Under the pieces are notes generated by a model, which was given only the letters and a program-made list of their open reading frames with translations, did not search any database and had not been told where the DNA came from. The position numbers and the translations under genes are program-made. This document shows, piece after piece, positions 57,718 to 64,000 of a stretch of DNA of 64,000 bases (the stretch's first letter is position 1; each line of letters starts with the position of its first letter). Source of the stretch: an uncultured Gammaproteobacteria bacterium (lineage in GTDB: Bacteria; Patescibacteriota; Microgenomatia; UBA12405); contig CAZVMP010000001.1 of assembly GCA_964628885.1 (NCBI GenBank), positions 43,459 through 107,458 on the forward strand, read 5' to 3'.

Positions 57718-58977
57718 TTATAAATTTAAACTATCTTTATTTAATAAAAATTCTTGTAAACCAATTATAACAAAACCATTTTCATTTCGCCACATTTTTA
57801 TATTTTCTTTAACTATTATTATTTTTTTAAATGAATCATTTACTTTGACTAAGGATTCTTGCTCTTGTTTCATTTTTTCTTCATTTGGAATGGCGAATGC
57901 AGACTGAATATAATATCTTTTATTTCCTTGATTACAAACAAAATCTATTTCTAATTGTTTTTTCACTCTCTTACCATTTTTTTCTAAATAAACATGTTCA
58001 ATAACTCCTACATCAACATTGTACCCTCTTATTAGTAATTCATTATAAATAATATTCTCCATTATATGATTTTCTTCTTGTTGCCTAAAGTTTAATCTAG
58101 CATTTCGTAAACCCACATCTGTAAAATAATATTTATAAGGTGTAGAAATATATTTTTTACCTTTTACATCAAATCTTAAGACTTTATTAATTAAAAATGA
58201 ATCGATTAAATATTCAATATATTTATCAATTGTATTATAGGATACTTCTTTTATTCCTTTAGATGTAAATGTGTTAGTTAATTTTGAAGAATTGGTAAGA
58301 GAACCAACTGATGAAGCCAGGATGTTTAAAACGGATTCTAAAACTTCGTTTTTTTCAAGATTATTTCTTTCGATGATGTCTGTTATGTATGTTTTTTCAA
58401 ATAAGGAGTTTAAATAATTTACTTTTTGCTCATCAGTTTTTAGAGCCAAAATCATTGGCAAGCCCCCATATGTAAAATACTCGTTCCATGCTTCGTCAAC
58501 AGTTCCATTAAACGCTAAAACGTACTCTTTAAAACTAAGAGGAAAAACTCTTATTTCGTCTCCACGCCCTCTAAATTCCGTTATTATGTCGGAAGATAAA
58601 AGTTTAGAGTTACTTCCTGTTACATAAATATCTACATTATTAAGCTTGTTTAAACTGTTTAATACTTGTTCAAATTCATCAACTAGTTGTACTTCATCAA
58701 TAAATATATAATACATTTTCTTAGTTTTTATTAAACCTTTTATATAATTGTTTAATTCGTTTTTATTTTTTAAGTTTTGATTTTCCACATCTTCAAGTGA
58801 AATGTGAATCATCTGACTCTCAGCTATACCCTCTGAAATTAAGTAATTTCGAAAGATATTAAATAAAAGGAATGTTTTTCCCGAACGTCTTAAACCTGTA
58901 ATGACCTTTATCATTCCATTTTCTTTTCTTTCAATTAATTTATTTAGATAGTCGTCTCTTTTAATATAATTACTCAT
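57718..58977 (-). CDS. AAA_14 + DUF4143 ATPase
   Basis: GLRRSGKT, FIDEVQ, VTGSNS, YGGLP, K.YFTDVG, EIDFV; strong SD AAAGGAGG. Confidence 0.9.
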   Translation of the reverse strand: MSNYIKRDDYLNKLIERKENGMIKVITGLRRSGKTFLLFNIFRNYLISEGIAESQMIHISLEDVENQNLKNKNELNNYIKGLIKTKKMYYIFIDEVQLVDEFEQVLNSLNKLNNVDIYVTGSNSKLLSSDIITEFRGRGDEIRVFPLSFKEYVLAFNGTVDEAWNEYFTYGGLPMILALKTDEQKVNYLNSLFEKTYITDIIERNNLEKNEVLESVLNILASSVGSLTNSSKLTNTFTSKGIKEVSYNTIDKYIEYLIDSFLINKVLRFDVKGKKYISTPYKYYFTDVGLRNARLNFRQQEENHIMENIIYNELLIRGYNVDVGVIEHVYLEKNGKRVKKQLEIDFVCNQGNKRYYIQSAFAIPNEEKMKQEQESLVKVNDSFKKIIIVKENIKMWRNENGFVIIGLQEFLLNKDSLNL

Positions 58978-58997
58978 TAAACCTCCTTTAAAATTTT

Positions 58998-59056
58998 AGG
59001 GTAATATTACCCTCGAATTTCAATTTGATTATATTATATTTTTAAACAAAGTACAA
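58998..59056 (-). promoter_or_regulatory. Sigma70 promoter plus 16-bp palindromic operator for the AAA ATPase gene
   Basis: TTGTAC-17-TATAAT on minus strand; perfect palindrome AGGGTAATATTACCCT at 58998-59013. Confidence 0.65.
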
Positions 59057-59116
59057 GTAAAAACTAATATATTCGACCGCAATCGATCTCTTTATAATAT
59101 TTGTCATTATTGCATA

Positions 59117-59144
59117 TAAAAATCGAACTAAAAATAGTTCGATT
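59117..59144 (-). terminator. Intrinsic terminator after the tRNA-Gly/Thr pair
   Basis: AATCGAACTA-tttt-TAGTTCGATT followed by TTT on the minus strand. Confidence 0.6.
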
Positions 59145-59156
59145 AAAATATTATAA

Positions 59157-59232
59157 TGGAGCCGAAGGGGAGAGTCGAACTCCCGACCTCAGCTTTACGA
59201 AAGCTATGCTCTACCAACTGAGCTACTTCGGC
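59157..59232 (-). tRNA. tRNA-Thr(CGT)
   Basis: GCCGAAG..TAGCT-TTCGTAA-AGCTG..GTTCGAC..CTTCGGCTCCA; CCA encoded. Confidence 0.95.
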
Positions 59233-59237
59233 TTTAG

Positions 59238-59308
59238 AGCGGCTAGAGGGAATCGAACCCTCGACCTGTCCTTGGGAAGGACACATTTTACCATTAAACT
59301 ATAGCCGC
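59238..59308 (-). tRNA. tRNA-Gly(CCC)
   Basis: GCGGCTA..TGTCC-TTCCCAA-GGACA..GGTTCGATTCC..TAGCCGCT; CCA not encoded. Confidence 0.95.
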
Positions 59309-59334
59309 GCTTAAAAGAATTTTAACACGGTCTA

Positions 59335-59901
59335 TTAGTTCGATTCGGGAATATTCAACACCATTCCAATTTCTAGACCATTAGGATTATATATTTTTGA
59401 TTTATTCTTTTCCCAAATCTTTGTCCACTGATAGCCATCTTGATAAGCTCTAACAGCTATTTTCCACAAACTATCACCTTCAACCACTTTATATTCTCCT
59501 GGCAAAATTTTATTATCTTCAACTTTATTTAAGCCTTCTAATTTTGGTAAAGTAATCTTTTGTCCTACCTCAATTAAAGATGGATTCTCTATCTTATTAG
59601 CTTTTGCGATCTCCGTCCAAGCATGCCCATCATTATATTTTTTCTCAGCCAATCTCCATAAATTATCACCAGCTACAACTATATATGAATCACTTTCTTT
59701 GTTTATTTCACCAGCCTCTAAATCTTCTTTATTATTTAAACTAATATCGCTTGATCCTGGGATATTAATATTTCCTTTATTCTTCTGAAAATAATTAAAA
59801 ATTAAACCACCGACCACCACTACAATTATTAATCCTAAAAACATACTTACAATTTCTTCAGTTGACTTAAAATATTTTTTACGGATATTAGAGAGTTTCA
59901 T
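59335..59901 (-). CDS. Membrane-anchored double LysM protein
   Basis: Two YxV..GD.LW.IA...Y.DG..W..I...N repeats. Confidence 0.9.
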   Translation of the reverse strand: MKLSNIRKKYFKSTEEIVSMFLGLIIVVVVGGLIFNYFQKNKGNINIPGSSDISLNNKEDLEAGEINKESDSYIVVAGDNLWRLAEKKYNDGHAWTEIAKANKIENPSLIEVGQKITLPKLEGLNKVEDNKILPGEYKVVEGDSLWKIAVRAYQDGYQWTKIWEKNKSKIYNPNGLEIGMVLNIPESN

Positions 59902-59940
59902 AAAAGTTAGTATAATAATTAATTATAAATTAAATTCAAT

Positions 59941-60246
59941 TTACACTATTCTGGGACGAATTGCAATATCATCAACAAATGATTTATCCAACTTTCCAAC
60001 AAATTTACGCATATTCTCCGCAAAAGCATCTAAAAGTTCACGATTTATCCTATAAATTCTCTGTTTTCCCACTACCTGGTAATTAACTAAATCTGCTTTT
60101 CTTAATATTGACAAATGATTCGATAGTGTTGCTTGCCTAATTTCAAAGTTAACCAATAATTTATTTACCGACATCTCTTTATCTTTTAACAATGTTAAAA
60201 TTTTTCTTCTATTTTTATCAGCTAAAGCTTTAAATATTTTATCCAT
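59941..60246 (-). CDS. ArsR/SmtB family transcriptional regulator
   Basis: FKALAD.NRRKIL..L, QATLSNHL..L..ADLV. Confidence 0.9.
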   Translation of the reverse strand: MDKIFKALADKNRRKILTLLKDKEMSVNKLLVNFEIRQATLSNHLSILRKADLVNYQVVGKQRIYRINRELLDAFAENMRKFVGKLDKSFVDDIAIRPRIV

Positions 60247-60332
60247 AGAGCAATTATATAGATAAACATCAATATATTCAATAATTAATCATGGCTTGAT
60301 TATCAAACTAATATTAGAGAAAATACTCTAAT

Positions 60333-60944
60333 ATGAAAAACTTTGATAACAAACAAGAACAAACTCTAGTTATTGTTAAACCTGATGGAGTCCAAAGAGG
60401 TTTGATCGGAGAAGTTATTCGTCGCTACGAGCAGTGCGGTCTCAAACTTGCCGGTCTTAAAATGGTTATTCCTACTCGTGATTTAACTCTTAAACATTAT
60501 TCTATTGACCCTGAATGGGCTATTAAAAGCGGTTCTAAAACTTTTGAATCTTATAAAGCCAAAGGACTCCCTTTACCCGGAAAAGATCCTGTTGAATTTG
60601 CTGAAGGTATTAGACGCAAACTCATGGATTTTATGAGTAGTGGCCCAGTTGTTGCTATGATTTGGCAAGGGATGGGAGCTGTAGCCATCGTCCGAAAAAT
60701 AACTGGATCTACTGAACCACTAGCTTCTGCTCCTGGAACTATCCGTGGTGACTATACTATTGATTCTTATACCGCTGCTGACACCGATGCTCGTGCTGTT
60801 AGAAATATCATTCACTCTTCTGGATCAGTCGAAGAGGCCTCTAAAGAAATTCCTATCTGGTTTGATAAAAAAGAAATTTTATCATACAGATTAGTTGCTG
60901 AAGAAATTATCTACGATGTCAACCTCGACGGGATTTTGGAATAA
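60333..60944 (+). CDS. ndk: Nucleoside diphosphate kinase (long form)
   Basis: TLVIVKPDGVQRGL, SGPV, PGTIRGD, NIIHSS. Confidence 0.93.
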   Translation: MKNFDNKQEQTLVIVKPDGVQRGLIGEVIRRYEQCGLKLAGLKMVIPTRDLTLKHYSIDPEWAIKSGSKTFESYKAKGLPLPGKDPVEFAEGIRRKLMDFMSSGPVVAMIWQGMGAVAIVRKITGSTEPLASAPGTIRGDYTIDSYTAADTDARAVRNIIHSSGSVEEASKEIPIWFDKKEILSYRLVAEEIIYDVNLDGILE

Positions 60945-60952
60945 ATTTTTGC

Positions 60953-61012
60953 AAAAAAAAAGCGGTCAACAAAACTAAGATACAAAAGTATCATTAGCCA
61001 TGCTGGCCGCTT
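60953..61012 (-). terminator. Long hairpin plus U-tract terminator between convergent ndk and the two-gene islet
   Basis: Minus strand: GCGGCCAGCA..GCTAA.GATAC-TTTT-GTATC.TTAGT..TGTTGACCGC followed by a T run. Confidence 0.7.
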
Positions 61013-61017
61013 AACTT

Positions 61018-61395
61018 TTAAAATAAACACTTCAGTTGATTGAAAGTCAAATCTCCATTCAGATATGATTTTAAGCATCGATAAAGGTAATAAGATTTTT
61101 TCATTTGATCTCTCAAATGAAAATCTTTTATAAAACAAATATCATTCTCAACGGCAATTCCATACTCCTGAAATAGAAACACTAAACCACTCTCCATTTC
61201 AGAGGCATCACCAATACTAAGACAATCACTTTGTTTTACTTTGGTAAGTATAATATTAATTCTCTTTTCTATTTCTAGTATTTTTTTTCTCTTCTCTTGA
61301 AAGTAGTAAATTAATACTATCGTCACCATTATCAAAACTATGATTGCTGCAAAGAAAAGCATCCTGAAAACAAACATTTTTGTAATATAATCCAT
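61018..61395 (-). CDS. Hypothetical single-TM protein
   Basis: ORF with strong SD AAAGGAGG; N-terminal TM. Confidence 0.6.
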   Translation of the reverse strand: MDYITKMFVFRMLFFAAIIVLIMVTIVLIYYFQEKRKKILEIEKRINIILTKVKQSDCLSIGDASEMESGLVFLFQEYGIAVENDICFIKDFHLRDQMKKSYYLYRCLKSYLNGDLTFNQLKCLF

Positions 61396-61399
61396 AATA

Positions 61400-61600
61400 T
61401 TACCTCCTTTTAGGTTGATAGATGATCGGTTGATAGTAACCCTTTCTAGCTTTTTTTAGATATCTCTTTTTCTGTCTAATCTGTTTATCATATTGCCTAG
61501 AAATATATATTTTTTTTTCGTTCCTTTCACTTATGATTTCCGTTACCCCCAATACCATTAGCCAGATAAGAATTAATACCAAGATAATAAAAAAACCCAT
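61400..61600 (-). CDS. Small hypothetical protein, N-terminal TM and basic tail
   Basis: SD GAAAGGTGG; coupled to the next ORF. Confidence 0.55.
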   Translation of the reverse strand: MGFFIILVLILIWLMVLGVTEIISERNEKKIYISRQYDKQIRQKKRYLKKARKGYYQPIIYQPKRR

Positions 61601-61719
61601 TTCATTACCACCTTTCCAACTAATTTATTTATTTTAAAAGAGCTTTATATTAAAAGACTTTATCAGCGCTTCTGCCGACAAATCTTACTAATTTCATTAT
61701 TAAAAACCTGTAATAATAT

Positions 61720-61748
61720 ATTATATAAAAAATTAATATACAAGTCAA
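61720..61748 (-). promoter_or_regulatory. Near-consensus sigma70 promoter
   Basis: TTGACT-17-TATAAT on minus strand. Confidence 0.75.
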
Positions 61749-61802
61749 GCCTAAACTTAACATTTATCAATACACAAGGGGTAAAAATACACCACCGCCT
61801 CC

Positions 61803-62858
61803 TTATGACAACATCCTTCTCTGCTTTGCTTCGTTAGCCTTTATGTTTCTATAAGAAATTTTAGTATAAGCCCAAAAGGCAATTGCTAAATATAGTTCAC
61901 TCACTTCTAACCAATCCTGAACAACATATTTCCGAAAAATATCATTAACAACCATATCATAATTAAAATTTATAAATCTCCTATCAAAATAAATTAAGAA
62001 TAAAAACAAAAAATAAAAAAATAAAAAATCAGGAGCAGCAAAAATCTCTAATTGGTCTTTCTTTTTTTTAAAAAACATTTTTAGTACTATTCCCGAAGAA
62101 ATTCCGTAAAGACCAACTAAAACATAAGCATTTTGATTCATATCATAACTAAAATTATTATGGATATTAATTTCATTTTGAATATTAATCTCTTGAAGAC
62201 TATTCGGAGTTTTCCATCCAAAAATTCTTTGTCCATAAGAAATCTCTTCAAGAGATACAAAAAACAAAGCAATTGAAAATAATAAAAATAATCTAGCATA
62301 AACTTTCTTATTTTTATTATTTTTTAAATGCCAAAAAATTTTAAATGATCCCCATCCAGCCAAAAGATAAAATATGAACTGCATGTATTCCAATATTGCA
62401 TCCTCTCTAACCAAACTCCAAAAAATAGGATGATGTTCAATCCACAAATAGCAAAAAATAATTAGAATAATTGGAAATAAAATACGTATTTTCCTTTTAA
62501 ACTTATCTTTTTCCTTAAAAGAAGAGATATAAAAAATCATCCAACCTAACAAGGGGAGATAAATAAATGAGTAGGGAAATATATGTAAATGTTGTAAGAC
62601 ATAATTCTTATAGTTAATCTTCTCTAAAATAATTAGAACCAAGCCAATAAGAGATAAAAACGGCAGTAATAACTTATTAATTCGTGATATCTTTTTAGGA
62701 ATTAAGGTCTGATCAAAAAATAAAAAAAATAATAAAATTAAAGAATAAATAGTAAAAATTCCCAAAGAAGTTAATCCAAAATATCTAAAAGTAAATGTTG
62801 AGGAAATAGTAGCATTAAAAGCTAAAAGTCCAGTAAATATTAAAAATAATAAAATCAC
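61803..62858 (-). CDS. Polytopic membrane protein of unknown function (paralog of 6577-7629)
   Basis: EDAILEYMQF, LEEISYGQRIF..N.Q.EI.IHN. Confidence 0.7.
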   Translation of the reverse strand: MILLFLIFTGLLAFNATISSTFTFRYFGLTSLGIFTIYSLILLFFLFFDQTLIPKKISRINKLLLPFLSLIGLVLIILEKINYKNYVLQHLHIFPYSFIYLPLLGWMIFYISSFKEKDKFKRKIRILFPIILIIFCYLWIEHHPIFWSLVREDAILEYMQFIFYLLAGWGSFKIFWHLKNNKNKKVYARLFLLFSIALFFVSLEEISYGQRIFGWKTPNSLQEINIQNEINIHNNFSYDMNQNAYVLVGLYGISSGIVLKMFFKKKKDQLEIFAAPDFLFFYFLFLFLIYFDRRFINFNYDMVVNDIFRKYVVQDWLEVSELYLAIAFWAYTKISYRNIKANEAKQRRMLS

Positions 62859-62888
62859 CGCAAAAATCTCACAAATGGATAATAATTC

Positions 62889-62965
62889 TGGCGGGCCCGA
62901 TGGGATTCGAACCCACGATCTTCCGCGTGACAGGCGGATGTGCTAGACCGCTGCACCACGAGCCC
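62889..62965 (-). tRNA. tRNA-Asp(GTC)
   Basis: GGGCTCG..TCCGC-CTGTCAC-GCGGA..GGTTCGAATCC..CGGGCCCGCCA. Confidence 0.95.
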
Positions 62966-63029
62966 TCGGTCTATAATTGTTTCAATAATATATCAAAAAG
63001 TTGTACTTTAAACAACGCTATAATTAATT

Positions 63030-64000
63030 ATGGCCAGAACTAAAAAAACTTATACTAACGCTGAAATTGCTCAAACTCTTCAAAATATTGCCACTGCTTA
63101 CGAAATTAAAAAGAAAAATTTTTTTAGGATTCAGTCATATCAAGATGCTGCCGAAACTGTTCTTACTTATCCTGAATCTATACATCATCTCTGGCAAAAA
63201 AACCCTCAGCTTATTGCTGATATCCCAGGAATTGGACCCAATATTTTTAAAAAAATCACCTACCTTTTTCAAAATCAAAAACTTCATCCACATATAATTC
63301 AAGCTTTTAAAAATATCCATCCTACGGTTTTTACCTTCACTAAAATAAATGGTATCGGGCCAAAAATTGCCTACACTCTATCTAAAAAATTAAAATTTTC
63401 TTCCAATCCAATCAGAGCCTTAAACCAACTAGTTAATTACGCCAAGAATGGAAAAATTAAAAATATTCCTAAATTTGGCGAAAAATCAGAAAAATTAATC
63501 TTAGATAATACTTTAGTTTTCTTAGGTCATTCTCGCAGAATGACCCATAAAGAAGCCCAAAAAACTGCCGACAGTATTATCAATTTCCTTCACCAGAAAT
63601 TCCCCAATATTCAAATATTAACTCTAGGTAGTCTACGTCGCCAAACCAAGACTGTCGGCGATATTGATTTGGCCGCCAAATCAACCCAAGCTAATCAAAT
63701 CCTTAATTATTTTATTACCTATCCTGGTAACATTCAGACCATTAATAGGGGACTTAAGAAAGCTTCTATAAGAGTCTATCCTGATGTTAGAGTTGACCTT
63801 ATGGTTCAACCGGCCAAAAACTTTTACTCATTAATTCAACACTTTACTGGATCAAAAAACCATAATATTCTACTTAGAAAGTATGCCCTCTCTTTAGGAT
63901 TATCAATTTCAGAATATGGTATTAAAGACCTAAAAACCAACAAAATAAATACTTTTAATACTGAAGAAAAATTATACAATTTCCTAAAACTTTGCTATAT
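63030..64000 (+). CDS. polX: DNA polymerase X family protein (3' partial; absent from the ORF track because no stop codon lies in the window)
   Basis: Translated by hand: TNAEIA..L, IPGIG and NGIGPK HhH motifs, GSLRR..TVGDID, RVDL, HFTGSKNHN. Confidence 0.9.
   Translation, partial: MARTKKTYTNAEIAQTLQNIATAYEIKKKNFFRIQSYQDAAETVLTYPESIHHLWQKNPQLIADIPGIGPNIFKKITYLFQNQKLHPHIIQAFKNIHPTVFTFTKINGIGPKIAYTLSKKLKFSSNPIRALNQLVNYAKNGKIKNIPKFGEKSEKLILDNTLVFLGHSRRMTHKEAQKTADSIINFLHQKFPNIQILTLGSLRRQTKTVGDIDLAAKSTQANQILNYFITYPGNIQTINRGLKKASIRVYPDVRVDLMVQPAKNFYSLIQHFTGSKNHNILLRKYALSLGLSISEYGIKDLKTNKINTFNTEEKLYNFLKLCY

Noticed and set aside
59101-59304. 67-aa ORF
   Set aside because: Antisense shadow of tRNA-Thr and tRNA-Gly
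57650-62890. attL/attR duplications of tRNA 3' ends marking integrated elements
   Set aside because: No repeat of the tRNA-Thr, -Asp or -Val 3' sequences found by eye, and no integrase
1-64000. CRISPR array, rRNA, IS transposase or alternative genetic code
   Set aside because: No regularly spaced repeats, rRNA-like sequence or transposase motifs seen; long ORFs are intact under code 11 and TGA is used as a stop (ugd)

Overview
AT-rich bacterial chromosomal segment (standard code 11). Gene content points to a Patescibacteria/CPR genome, most like Microgenomates: alpha2-type GlyRS, IleRS2, truncated RecO, N-terminally short MurE, DUF4012 and mostly SD-less starts. This taxonomy is inferred, not checked. 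Left to right: a frameshifted GT2 gene; a mobile-element-like remnant (VirD4/TraG-like ATPase, Replic_Relax protein, DUF2958 with upstream hairpins); accessory genes; ugd, galE and metK, the last with a compact SAM-I-type riboswitch; a ~17 kb surface-glycan locus; recO-glyQS; and an unusual dcw cluster. That cluster lacks murB, murD, murF and ddl but carries an ATE/Bpt-like aminoacyl-tRNA transferase, a divergent Mpl/MurC-like ligase, an NlpC/P60 protein, a LysW-like zinc-ribbon protein, a fold-II PLP enzyme and an ATP-grasp ligase. Then come ileS, rodA, rplU, rpmA, parB, lepB, four tRNAs with adjacent accessory islets, ndk and a partial polX. The leading candidate for a novel system is a non-canonical, possibly carrier-protein- and tRNA-dependent, peptidoglycan stem or cross-bridge pathway within the dcw cluster. 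All calls come from motif recognition by eye; no searches were run.
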